DNA of 63,577 nucleotides, taken from contig CM119266.1 of assembly GCA_051294375.1 (NCBI GenBank), positions 7,500,028-7,563,604 of the forward strand, given 5' to 3'. This DNA is from Paraspadella gotoi. Lineage: Eukaryota > Animalia > Chaetognatha. Numbering within the stretch: the first letter of the stretch is position 1; each line of letters starts with the position of its first letter. The notes under the pieces are model-generated. The model did not search any database, was not told the origin of the DNA, and saw nothing but the letters and a program-made list of their open reading frames with translations. A program made the translations under genes and the position numbers. This document shows positions 37,751-50,670 of this stretch, one piece after another.

Positions 37751-38486
37751 GAAACTCAACTATTTTTGGTTGTTTTGTTTTGTTGTTTTTTGTTGTTTTT
37801 ATTTTTGGTTTAATTTTTACTTACTCTCGTAATTTGCTTTTCGGTAACTATTGCAAATGTGAAATATTTCGTCCTTATCCTAAGTAAAATTACTTATATT
37901 TACACTTATTTTACGACTCTGTTCACCACTACTGAATCAAATTGTAAATTTAAAGTAGTTTATTATCTTTATTGTTACAGGGTAAATTGTACGCCAAGTA
38001 GACTGCTATGAACCGTAGTTTGAGATGTAATATATAATATATGTAATATATAACTAATCAAAGGACTAAGAATTTTTAACAGCCCGTCCGTCGGATGATT
38101 AGCTTTAATTAAACCAACGCCATATTTTACAGTTTTCGACATTTATTATCTGCGTAGAATCGAATGTTTAGCTTTGTCCCAGCTCATCGCTGCTGGGCGT
38201 CTACTGTATTTTGTGCGCAGGCCGTGAGGGAAGAAAAGATTGTGTAAAAACAAGTAATTTTATTCTTTCAACAACTAATTTTCGTCTGATGACATATCGA
38301 TGGATTGCAAACGTTGAAAACGTACACAAACTTGAAAAGTTAACAATAAAGGTATATAACTAAATTCTAAAAGCTACACCAAAAAATCATCGTTTCTAAC
38401 TATCCAATTGACGCATCTATTCACTACCTGGATGTAATTTGAAAACAAAAAAGAATCTTCATTATATTCTCTCTCTCTCTCTCTCT

Positions 38487-38503
38487 CTACTCTCTCTCTC
38501 TCT

Positions 38504-38579
<76 letters not shown>

Positions 38580-41500
38580 TCCCTCACTACCCTTCCACCG
38601 CCTCGGATTCTCCACCCCCTTCTTCTCCCCTCCCCTTCTCCACTCCTCCTCCTCGTCCCTCCTCAAATTCTTCACGCAGCCGCAGCAGCCGCAGCACCGC
38701 GTAGCGCAGGCAACCACCGCGGCGTCGTACGGCCGCAGGGAACGCAGCCACAGCGGCAGGAAGGTCCAGTCGCGCAGCAGCGGCGGGAGCCAGCGGGGCC
38801 GCTTCCGCTGGAGGAAGTTGACGAGGAAGACGGAGAGGAAGAAGAGGAGTAGGAGGCCGAGGACGACGCCGAAGGGGATGGGACCGGCGAGGGAGAGGGC
38901 GAGAACGAAGGAGGGAACGACGACGAACATAGCGACGACGTAGACGGCGCAGAACCAGCGATACCGAGCGGTCACGTGACCCAGGCGTTCGGCCAAGCCT
39001 GAAGGAATTAGAATTTGGATTAGTTTTGATTTGAATTGATTTTGAGTGAACTAATGTTTGAGTCTTTGAGAAATTGACTGATTGATTTTTTTTAAAAAGT
39101 AAAGATGATTGATAAAATTTTCGCCGGTGAAAAATAATTCGTCAAAGCGAATTAAATTGTTATATTTATTTATTGATTGGTCGACAAATCGATTGGCGGT
39201 TTGAAAGATTTAAGCATTCGTTAATTCATTCATTCGTTCGTTCATCCATTCATTCAGTCGTTCTTTAAACCATTCATTCATTCATACATCCAATTATTCA
39301 TTCATTCAATTCGTTCATTCATTCATTCATTCATTGACTACTCAAACATTCAATTCTGACCGATCGGCAACTTTCTCATGAACGGCACGGGATAGAAAAG
39401 GCAGATCCCGCTCAGGTTGAAGAAGAGATGGCACAGGGCTATTTGGAGGGCCACGCGGGCATCGTCCCCGCTGGCTGCCATTGCGGCCATGACCGCGGTG
39501 AAGGTGGTGCCGATGTTGGAGCCCAGAGTCAAAGGGTAGAAGCGTTCGAGAGTCACGGCGCCGATTCCTGTCGTTGGACGGAAGAGAATTTTAGAGATTT
39601 ATCCAAATGGATGGATTGACGATGGATGGACGAATGGATATTAGTCAATCGACAGAATCATCACCAGATATTTCATAAAATATAATATGTATAATATTCA
39701 AGAAAATTTATTGTTAGATAGAATGTTAGATTTATTAATTGTCTCATTAATTTATGGTTTCATTAATTGATTGACTGATCGATTAATCGACTTAATGATT
39801 GATTAACTGAAAAATTAAATTCATTCACTGATTGAGCGATAAATCCACGGATCACTCCCCTCACTCTTTTAGTCGTACCCCCTGCTCGCTCGAACTCACC
39901 GACCAAAGGCGTCAACGTGGAAGTGAATATCGAGCTGCTCTGCACCAACACCGTGACGCCGGCCCCGACGAGCATCGCCGCGTAGCCGGTCAGCGGCTCC
40001 AAGATGCCGGGAAACTCGGCGTTGAGGAAAGACTGGAGAAGTCGGCCGACGCTTCCCTTGAAGACGCGTTGGAGGAGACTGACGAGGAGGATGAGGGAGA
40101 TGATGAGGACGAAGAGGGAAGAGACGAGGAGGATCACGCCCACCTTTTGAGGGGGGGGATAGGGAGGGGGGGAGAAGGAGGGAGAGTTAATTCAATAGTG
40201 CTTTAGGTTCTTAAGTAAAATAATAAATTGGAAATAAGGAAAATGTTTATTTAACTTTGATTTTTAGTTTGTTTGTTCAACCGAAACAACAAATGAAAAG
40301 GTTATTACTTATTTCAATAGCTAAACAATATAACGTTTTATCTGTTTCTCGTTGGTACAAATTTTTTCTGTAATAAACGAACCTCAATATTGTTCTAAGA
40401 AACACCATCGATTGTATTTAGTAAAACCTTGTATTTTAACTATTGACATCCTGATAGGTGATTCCATATAGACGTACCTGTGCGTCCGAGAGCCAGGGCC
40501 AATTAGCAAAGATGTGCCCGCATCTGACGTCTTCGGCCGAACCCGTTGTGCACCAAACCTGAAGAAGCAAAATGATGTAGTGACTGAAACGTCAGCAATC
40601 ACGACAGCAGTGATTCGAACGACGTCCAAGAATGATGAAACTGATGTAATAACTGAAAAGATATCAACTAGTACAAAATATACAGCTTCAGCACTAATGA
40701 AAGTGACTACTTCGTAATACAAAAACAAATTATTTTACGAAAGCAACAAGTACAAGTAAAAATAACAAACCTTCATGACGCGTTCCTTGGTGAAATTTCC
40801 GGTCAAAGATGAATTTTTAGTTGCGGCTTTTTGGATGGCGTCGCTGTCAACTTGGACCACGAGGTCAGTTAGTGGATCAGTTAAAACTGTCAGGAGTTCG
40901 ATCTGTGATTTGGAAGTGAAAACAAAAAAATTTAAAACTGAATTTCGCCAACAACAAAAATCTGCGATTAGTATAAAAATATTAATATTCGCAGGAATTT
41001 TAATTTTACGAATTACCCTATCTTTATCTCGAACCTTACTCATCATCTATTTTTCATATCGCCTTAGAGGTTATCTTAAATAATTTCCGGGTAATTAACA
41101 GGAGCTTTATTTTTAGTAACATTGTATGTACGGTATGTTTACAAACTTTTGATTTAGCCCATTTCTCACCTAACCAACCTTACCCCTGTCTAAACCTTAC
41201 CTTCGCCCCTCCAGTCCCTTTACCTTAACCTTAACCTTACCTTCGCCCCTCCGTCCTTGGTCGCCATCCCTTTCGTCATCGACTCCGAGATAAGAAAGAG
41301 ATAACCAGTCGCAAGTTCGAGCGGCAAAAGGATGAAGACGCTCAACCAGTTGAACATGTCGTGGACGGTGGCGCCCGCGAAGGCACGCTCGAATTGAATG
41401 CGGTCGCCCACTTGTGCTGAAGGAATGAAGGCAGGGGGGGGGGAGGTTAAAGAGTTAACTCGGTTACATGGAAGATTAGATCCTCGAAAAAATTGGTAGA

Positions 41501-44500
41501 GAATTTCCCAGAATATGAAATTTGTACACTACAGTGTCTATGTTAAGAAAATATGTCATAAAAGAGGTAAAATAAAAACTAACAAAAATTAACAGCTTTC
41601 AAGATGGGACCACCAACAGTTAACCGCGGTCGTTTGTAATTGGCTACCAACCCAAAAATTCTGGTTTCTAGCCCGGTGGCGCCCTTCTAGCATTAAGCGG
41701 AACGGAGCCCTTAACCTGCCGGTAGCAGGGTCCGAAGCACAGGAACTATTTATTTATTGGTTTACGAAAATTTTAAAAAGTCGCTAAGTTTTAAAAAATC
41801 TCCGGGGACAAAAAAAAAAAAAGTTAGCAAAGAAGTAAGTTGGACTCAAACAAATACATACAACGAATCAAAACAAACTATTCAAACTCAAAATTAAAAA
41901 GGCGAACAGCCACGTCGTCAATAAAATCAGCAGCGACAACAGCTCGAAGAACAACAACATCACCAGCAACAGCTCGAACGCTTTTACCCAACGAGACCAA
42001 CGTATTGGTGACCGACGTCCCCACATTCGCTCCCATGATGATCGGAATCGCGTTCTCGACCGGAAGGAGACGCGACGCCGTCATCGCCACAACGATGGAC
42101 GTCGAGGTGGACGATGATTGGACGGCGACGGTGGCGACGACGCCGATCATTAGACCGCAGATGGGGTTGCTGAGGAGGGCGCTCTCCTGGGGTGATAGGG
42201 GTGAAGGTAGGGGGGTGGTGAGGGGTGATAGGGGTGAAGGGATTGGGGTGGTGATTAGAGGGTAGATGATGATCGAGATGATGGAGACATCAATTAAATT
42301 ATCTTTAGTATTAATACATAAATGAGATTGCTAGATGGAAATTATAACGAAGATATAAAGAGATATTAAGAGATATTTTTTTGAGGGGGGGCAAAATGTT
42401 TAAATCTCAAATATTTTTAATTATTGTAAAAGAAATTATTCTGAAATTTGACTTCTTTAGTGTACGTAATAGGAAAATTAAAATTTACTTCAATTTTTTT
42501 TTAATAAACCATTTAGTCCATTAACTGACTTATCATAATCGTATCTCTCTATCTCTCTCTTACCTTAAACAAGCTACCAGTGGCTTCGCCTCCCAACAAT
42601 TTGAATCCAGAGCTCAACAAGTCCAAGGAGCAAATGAAGAAGTAGAGACAAGCGATGAACCCCATGAACGTAGCGATTCCCTTTAAGACCGACTTGACCT
42701 AAAAAAGCGGGTAATTTTTTTTCCCCATTTAAATAACGTTTCAATATTGAGTAAATAAATTTCAATTTTAAACGACGAAGCTGCTCTTACGATTGTTTAT
42801 TCGGCAATAAAAGTCATTTATCGATGAGGGAGTAAAGTAAGAAAAAGCAAGCCAAGAGACAACAGTCAAAAAAAGCAAGCTTAGACATGAACTTCTAGAA
42901 AAGCAAGCGAGGGGATCACACACAAAAAAAAACCAAAAAAACAAACGAGCAGATCCCACACATCGGGGTGAGGTTCTTTGGATTCCGACGAAATCAGGAA
43001 TGGATAATTGGACAAAGAAAAATTGGATCGATACCTTTTCGATACGAGATACTTCCTCCGTCTTTACAGCTGGAGAGTGAGGTGGCGTTGAAGGTAAGGT
43101 ACCTTTGGACTCCGGTTGTGGAGCCTGACCCTCGAGGTCCCAGATCGAAGGATCGAATCGATCATTGAGATTCCATCTGGGAATCGGTGCCATCATGAGA
43201 TCGATGCCGGAGTTGGCTTTTTACTTTGTTTTCCCGTTTTTCTGTATCTTTATTTCTTGAAAATCTATTCGTCAATCTTAGGGTGGCGTGGTGAAAATGT
43301 TATGGTGGCGTGGTGAAAATGTTATGGTGGCGTGGTGGAATAAAACCGTGAAAACGTTAAGCAAGGCGTTAAAAGAAACGTAGTGAGTTGTCTTGGCGTA
43401 AACGACGTTTTTTTACGAAAGTTAATTTGTTAAATTCTCTTTTATAAATGATAACGAGAGACAAGAGGTGAATGTGATAATTAAATCACGAACACGTTGA
43501 GGAATAAAGAGAGAGCACGAGAGAGAGAGAGAGAACGTCAACCGGGTTTCAATTTCTTCAACTTACTTTCTCTTTTGGACATCTGTCCCTCATTCGCNNN
43601 NNNNNNNNNNNNNNNNNNNNNNNNNNNNNNNNNNNNNNNNNNNNNNNNNNNNNNNNNNNNNNNNNNNNNNNNNNNNNNNNNNNNNNNNNNNNNNNNNNNN
43701 NNNNNNNNNNNNNNNNNNNNNNNNNNNNNNNNNNNNNNNNNNNNNNNNNNNNNNNNNNNNNNNNNNNNNNNNNNNNNNNNNNNNNNNNNNNNNNNNNNNN
43801 NNNNNNNNNNNNNNNNNNNNNNNNNNNNNNNNNNNNNNNNNNNNNNNNNNNNNNNNNNNNNNNNNNNNNNNNNNNNNNNNNNNNNNNNNNNNNNNNNNNN
43901 NNNNNNNNNNNNNNNNNNNNNTTCCTCCCATCTACAAATTACTACTAATATTATTATTTTTAAAAAATAGTGTTATTCTAATTATTATTATTATTAAGTA
44001 TGATTATAATTATACTTGATTATCATAATGGACCAGTACCTTATCCTTCGTGGATTTAACCCTCCAGGGCTTAGAGTCTAAACCGTCGGGCAAGTCCGGC
44101 AAGACGCTGACTTTTCGATTTGCGGCGATGGCGGCGGCGACGGCGGTGGCGGCGGCGGCCATGACCGCAACGCTCTTGGATCTTTTCCTCGTCCTGGCGT
44201 CGCGTTTGGGACGATCCTTGGCGCCGCTTTTATCGGGGGCGGCGTCATCCATGGCGCCGCCGAGGGAATCTTCCTGCTCGACGGCGAAGTTGACTTGTCC
44301 GACTTTGCGGATTCGACGGTCGACGTCGTCGTCAACAGGGTTGACCTTTACGCCACGACCCCATTCCTTTACGCCACTTCCAGATTCCGTTACGCCACTC
44401 CCAAATTCTTTTACGCCATTTCCCTGCTTTTCCCCTTCATTCGTCTTCGCATTGTATCTGTTCGCGTCGTGACCGATTTTCTCCAGCGGGACAGCGTCGA

Positions 44501-44567
44501 CGCTGCTGCCACCGCCGCGGCTGCTCCCACCGGTTTCAGCGTCTGGAGTGAAAGATGCGTTGTCCAT
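38487..44567 (-). CDS. SLC34A: Type II sodium-dependent phosphate cotransporter (SLC34/NaPi-II, most like SLC34A2); exons 44567-44040, 42698-42564, 42186-41988, 41416-41241, 40902-40771, 40558-40478, 40143-39900, 39567-39361, 38998-~38487
   Basis: All junctions are GT-AG and phase-consistent. Signature motifs: [90 protein letters not shown]-terminal Cys cluster CCGCCGC. Exact C-terminus is uncertain because it runs into (GA)n. Confidence 0.95.
41630..41755 (+). mobile_element. SINE family 2 copy in SLC34 intron 3
   Basis: TAGCCCGGTGGC...TTAAGCGGAACGGAGCCCTTAACC...TCCGAAGCACAGGAACT matches 34060-34165. Confidence 0.6.
43035..43196 (-). CDS. Candidate alternative first coding exon of SLC34
   Basis: ATG-initiated 54 codons (MMAPIPRW...SRIEK) ending AAG|GTATCG in phase 0, the same phase as exon 1 (DK|GTACTG), so it is compatible with the exon 2 acceptor. 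Confidence 0.5.
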
Positions 44568-44889
44568 TCTGGCTGCGGTAGTGTTCGTGTTGGAGTAGTT
44601 GTTCCTTTGCCGCTTGTTTTGTTGATGTTGTTTGCACAGCTGCACTATATTTTGGAGGGAGACTTTTTTAGCTTTATTGAAGAGGAGCTGCTGTTGTTAA
44701 CTTTTCGTTTCCATTTTGGTTTGTTATTGTTTTCTTGCAGCCAAAATGTTATTTTCTTTTTCGCTTTGAGAATGAAAATTTCTTGAATATTTTTTCGTTT
44801 GTTTAGTCATCGAAAAAATTCGTGCCAAACCTAGTGAGGTTTGGTTGATTAAAGTTTAAGTTTAAGTTTTTTAATAGTGATAAAGAGAG

Positions 44890-44923
<34 letters not shown>

Positions 44924-44926
<3 letters not shown>

Positions 44927-47900
44927 AATTGCGTTCTGTTCTTCGTCTTTTCCAATTTTTGTGTCACTACTCTCATCTCTCTTCTTTGTCTCTCTCTCTC
45001 TCCTCCTCTCTCTCTCTGCGTCTCTCTTCTCTCTCTCTCTCTCTGCTTTCTCTCTCCTCGCACTCTCTTTATCACTATTTAAAAACTTAAACTTAAAACT
45101 TTAATCAAGCCAAGACCTCCACTAGGTTTGGCACGAAGATTTTTCGAATGACAACAAACGTAAAAAATATTTCAAGGGAAATATTTCTTCTCAAAGCGAA
45201 AATGAAAATAACAATTTTGGCTGCAAGAAAACAGATAACAAACAAATGGAACGAAAATGTTAACAACAGCAGCTCCTCTTCAATAAAAAGCATAAAAAAA
45301 GTCTCCCTCCAAAATAATAGTTGCAGCTGTGCAAATCAACATCAACAAACACAAGCGGCAAAGAACAATACTGCCAACACGAACACTACCGCCAGCACAG
45401 AATTTGAGACAACGCATCTTTCCACTACCAGCACGCTGAAACCGTGGGAGCAGCCCGCGCGCGGTGGCAGCAGCGTCGACGCTTGTGGTCCCGCTGGAGA
45501 AAATCAGAGTCACGACCGCGAACAGATACAATTGCCGAAGACGAATGAAGGGGAAAGCAGGGAAATGGCGTAAAAGAAATTTGGGTGGCCGTAACGGAAT
45601 CTGGAAGTGGCGTAAAGGAATGGGGTCGTGCGCGTATAAGGTTCAACCCTGTCTGAGACGACGTCGACCGTCGAGATGTCCGCAAAGTCGGGACAAGTCA
45701 ACTTCGCCGTCGAGCAAGGAAGATTCCCTCGCGGCGCCCTGGATGACGCCGCCGCCCGATAAATACGCGCCAGGACGTCCCAAAACGTCGACGCGCACAG
45801 ACGAGGAAAAAGATCCAGAGAGCGTTGCGGTCAGTGGCCTGCGCCCGCCAACCGCGCCGTCGCCCTGCCAGCCCATCGGCCGCAAACGAAAAGTCACGTT
45901 TGCCGGACTTGCCGCGACGGTTTAGACTCTAAGTCGCCACTGGGAGGTTAAAACCACGAAGGATAACCGGTACTGGTCCAGTTATAGATAATCAGTTATA
46001 ATATAATCATAACTTAATAATAATAATAATTAGAATAACACTATTTTTTAAATAATAATATATTATAGTAAATTTGTAGATGGGAGGAAAACTCTTTCTT
46101 TCTCTTCTCGTTGCTTTTTCTTAAATTCCCTTGAAAATTTTTTCCCTTTTTTTTTGCCAACGAGCCTCACTTTCACTCTCTCTCTCTTCTCTTCATCTCT
46201 CTGCTCTCTCCGTCTCTCTGCACTCTCTCTCCTTCCATCACTATCAACACCATCTCTCCGCAGTCCCCGCTTCTTGGACATCCATATCTTCTGATATTCT
46301 GGCTTGTTTTTAATTCCTTGAAAACTTTGAGTGATTTTTCCACCAAGCCTATTTCTCTTCTCTCTCTCTTCTCTCTCTCTTCCTTTCCATCACCAATTCC
46401 AACGCCATTGCTCTCGCCATTCCTGGCTTCTTTTGACATCCTATCTTTCAGTTTCTGGGCTTTTCTTTTCATGAACCAAATCAGAAACGAAGATTAGCAT
46501 CGGTCAACCGTGGTCTTCAATCTTCAACTTCCCTTTCTCTTTTCGGACATCGTACCTCTCATCTCGCTCTCTCTTCTCTGCTCTCTCTCTCAGTGCTCTC
46601 CTTTATTCCTCAAGTGGTTCGTGATTTAATTATCACATCTCACCTCTTGTCCTCTCGTTATCATTATAAAAGAGAATTTAAACAAAATTAACTTTCTTAA
46701 AAAAACGTCGTTTACAGCCAACACAAACGCGCTACGCTTTCTGTTTACGCCTTGCTTAACGTTTTCACGGTTTTATTCACCACCGCCACCATAACATTTT
46801 CACCGACACGCCACCATAATTATCACCATTTCAGACCACAGGCCACCTAAGATATGACGATAGAAATTTCAAGAAAAAGACTTAAGCAGAAAAACGGGGA
46901 AAACAAAGTAAAACGCCTAACTCCGCGCATCGATCTCATGAGTCCTAGGCACGATTTCACCGGCAGAGATCTTCAATGATCCGATTTCCGATCCCTTCGG
47001 GATCTGGGACCTCGGAGGCTCAGGCCTCCACAACCCGGAGTCCAAAGGTACCTTACTCCTTCAACGCCACCTCACTCTCCCCAGCTGTAACGACGAGGGA
47101 AAGTATCTCGTATCCGAAAAGGAGTATGTCGATCCAATTTTTCTTTGAATTCCATTATCCATTCCTGATTTCGTCGGAATCCAAAGAACCTCACTCCCGA
47201 TGTGTGGGAATTGCTCGTTTGTTTTTTTGTGTTTTATTTTGCTGTGTGATCCCGCGTCAGCTTGCTTTTCTAAAGAGTTCATTCTACTAAAAGCTTGCTT
47301 TTTTAACTGTTGTCTCTTGATTGCATTTTTCTTACTTACTCCCTCATCGATAAATGGCTTTATTGCCGAAAACAATCGTAAGAGGAGCTTCGTCGTTAAA
47401 ACTTGAAATTTAATTTACTCAATGATTGAAACGTTATTTAAAATGGGGAAAAAAAAGTTACCGCGCTTTTTTAGGTCAGTAGTCGCGTCTTTAAAGGGAT
47501 CGCTACGTTCATGGGTTCATACGCTTTGTCATCTACTTTCTTCTTTGCTCTTGGACTGTGATTGAGCTCCGGATTCAAATTGGTTGGAAGCCGAAACGCC
47601 ACTGTATGCTATGGTTAAGGTAAGAGAGGAGATTAGAAGATACGATTATGATAGTCAGTTTAATGGACTAAATGGTTTATTAAAAAAAATTGAAGTAAAT
47701 CTGTTAATTTTTCCTATACGTACACTAAATGAGTCAAATTTCTGAATTTAATTCCCTTTAACAATAAATAAAATAATATTGAGATTTAAACATTTTGCCC
47801 CCCCCCTCAAAAATATCCTCTTAATAATCTCATTCTATATCTTTCGTTATAATTTCCATCTCGCAATCTCATTTATGTATAAATACTAAAGACAATTAAT

Positions 47901-50053
47901 GGATGTCTCCATCATCTCGATCATCATCTACCGCTCTGATCAATCCAGCACCCCCAATCCCTTCACCCCTAATCACCCTCACCCACCCCACTAACTTCGG
48001 CCCTATCACCCCAGGGGAAGAGGCGCCCCTCCTACAGCAACGCCCATACTGCGTCTAATGATCCGGCGGTGCGTCGCGCACCGTCGCCGTCCCATCATGT
48101 CCACGTCGACGCTCCATCGATGGCTGGCGATGACGGCCCGTCGCGTCTCTTCCCGGTCGAGACCGCGATTTCCGATCACTCATTGGAGCAATGTGGGGAC
48201 GTGGTCAGTCCAATACGTTGGTCTCGTTGGGTAAAAGACGTTCGAGCTGTTGCTGGTGATGTTTGTTGTTCTTCGAAGCTGTGTCGCTGTGATTTTATTG
48301 ACGACGTTGGCTGTTCGCCTTTGTAATTTTGAGTTTGAATAGTTTGTTTTGAATTCGTTGTATGTAGATATCCTCATTAAATGTTCTACTTTTTTCCGTA
48401 CGATAGTATTTGTTTGGGGTCTAACTTACTTCTTTGCTAACTTTTTTTTTTTTTGTCCCCGAGATTTATTTAAAACTTAGCGACTTTTTAAAATTTTCGT
48501 ATAACCAATAAATAAATAGTTCCTGTGCTTCGGACCCCTGCTACCGGCAGGTTTTAAGGGCTCCGTTTCCGCTGAATGCTTAGAGGGCGCCACCGGAGCT
48601 AAAGAAACCCAGAATTTTTGGGTTGGTAGCCAATTAACCCCTCCCCCACCAAACACAAAAATTGACCCCGGGGGCGGGGAACCCCCCCCAGGGCGGGGGC
48701 CCCGGTTTTTAAAAAACCTGGGTTGGTGGTTTCCCATTCTTTGGGAAAAAAAGCTTGGTTAAATTTTTTGGTAGCGGTTTTTATTATTCTTACCCTCTTT
48801 TATGGACATATTTTCTTAAACATTAGAACACTTGTAGGTACAACATTTCATTATTCTGGGAAATTCTCTACCAATTTTTTCGAGGATCTAACATCTTCCA
48901 TTTAGAGTAACTCTTCAACCTCCCCCCCCCCTGCCTTCATTCCTTCAGCAAAGTGGGCGACCGCATTCAATTCTGACGAGCGTGCCATCGCGGGACCACC
49001 GTCCACGACATGTTCAACTGGCTTGAGCGGTCTTCCATCTTTTGCCGCTGCGAACTTGCGGATTGTATCTCTTCTTATCGCGGAGTCGATGACGAAAGGG
49101 TGGCGACCAATGCGACCGGAGGGGCGAAGGTTAGGTTAAGGTTTAGGGTAAAGGACTTTGGGGAGCGACCGAAGGTGAGGTTCAAGGTTAATGGTAAAGG
49201 CTGAAGGGCGAAGGTAAGGTTAAGGTTAAAGGACTGGAGGGGAAGAAGGTAAGGTTAGTAATGGGACTGGGGGGCGAATTGGTAAGGTTGAAGGTTAAGT
49301 AAAGGGACGGAGGGCCGAGCGTAAGTAAGGTTAAGGTTAAGGTTAAGGATGGAGGGCGAAGTAGAGTTAAGGTTATGGTAAAGGACGGAGGGCGAAGGTA
49401 GGTTAAGGTAAATGGGACTTGAAGAGGGGTGAGAAGGTCAAGTTAAGTAATGAGACTGGCAGGGGCGAAGGTAAGCGTTTAAGGTTAAGGTAAAGGGACT
49501 GAGGGCGAAGGTAGGCTTTAGACAGGGTAGGTTGGTTAGGTAGAAATGGCCTAAATCAAACGTTTGTAAAACATACGTAATTACAAATGTTACTAAAAAA
49601 TAAAGCTCCTGTTAATTACCCGGAAATTACTTTAAGATAACCTCTAATGGCGATATGAAAAATAGATGATGAGTAAGGTTCGAGATTAAAGAATAGGGTA
49701 ATTACGTAAAATTAAATTCCTGCGAATATTAATCATTTTTATACTAATCGCAGATTTTTGTTGTATTGGCGAAATCAGTTTTAAATTTTTTTCTGTTTTC
49801 ACTTCCAAATCAACAGATCGAACTCCTGACAGTTTTTAACCTGATCCCACTAACTGACCTCGTGGTTCAAGTGACAGCGACGCCATCCAAAAAGCCGCAA
49901 CTAAAAAGTTCATCTTTGGGACCGGAAATTTACCAAGGAACGCGTCGATGTAAGTTTGTTATTTTTACTTGTACTTGTTTGCTTTGTATATTATATATCT
50001 TGTTTTTGTATCGAAGTAGTCACTTTCATTAGTGCCATTCTCTTCTCTTTTTT
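44924..50053 (+). repeat. Inverted, indel-ridden copy of SLC34 exons 1-5 and introns (about 40690-44900); probable long-read artefact
   Basis: Colinear reverse complement with frameshifts every few codons; ends in ATTCTCTTCTCTTTTTT plus a 25-N gap. Confidence 0.88.
49120..49520 (+). repeat. Tandem array of about 40 bp units (GGAGGGGCGAAGGTAAGGTTAAGGTTAAGGTAAAGGGACT-like), roughly 10 units; also at about 54870-55275
   Basis: Noisy repeated units; only two units at the homologous position 41195-41252 (minus strand). Confidence 0.8.
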
Positions 50054-50078
50054 NNNNNNNNNNNNNNNNNNNNNNNNN

Positions 50079-50319
50079 ACTACTGAATTCTTTTGAATCT
50101 TATAGTCATAATAAATCACGAACTTTTTAGTAGAGTGCATATTTAATTCATATTTTAAAAAAACTCTTTAAAACATTTTTTGATAAGATAATTTTGTTGA
50201 TTAATAATCAATGATTACGCCTGATTTTTTTCCCCTTTTGACGTCAGAATAAAAAACTTTGATCCAAAGCAAAATTTCGAGTTGCAATCTCCAGGTAAGT
50301 GCAGAGAAGGGAGAGAGAA

Positions 50320-50350
<31 letters not shown>

Positions 50351-50369
50351 CTACTAATGTCTCTCTCAT

Positions 50370-50407
<38 letters not shown>

Positions 50408-50670
50408 CGTCTTTTCTCTTCTCCTTCTCGTGGCACTTACCTTGCGAGATTGCAACTCGAATTTTGCTTTGGACGCAAAGTTTTTTTTATTCTGACGTCA
50501 AAGGGGAAGAAAAAATCAGGCCGTAATCATTGGATTAATTATCAACAAAATTATCTTTATCAAAAAATGTTTTAAAAGAGTTTTTTTATAACATACTGAA
50601 TTAAATATGCACCCTAAACTAAAAAGTTCGTGATATATATATGCACTATAAGAATTCAAAAGAATACAGT
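50079..50670. repeat. Short fold-back (about 290 bp arms) centred on (GA)n/(TC)n near 50355
   Basis: gaattcttttgaatcttatagt... is the rc of ...actataagaattcaaaagaat; both arms contain TGACGTCA. Confidence 0.85.

Noticed and set aside
50238-50245. CRE palindrome TGACGTCA as an SLC34 regulatory site
   Set aside because: A single 8-mer inside a probable artefactual fold-back; position relative to the true promoter is unverified.
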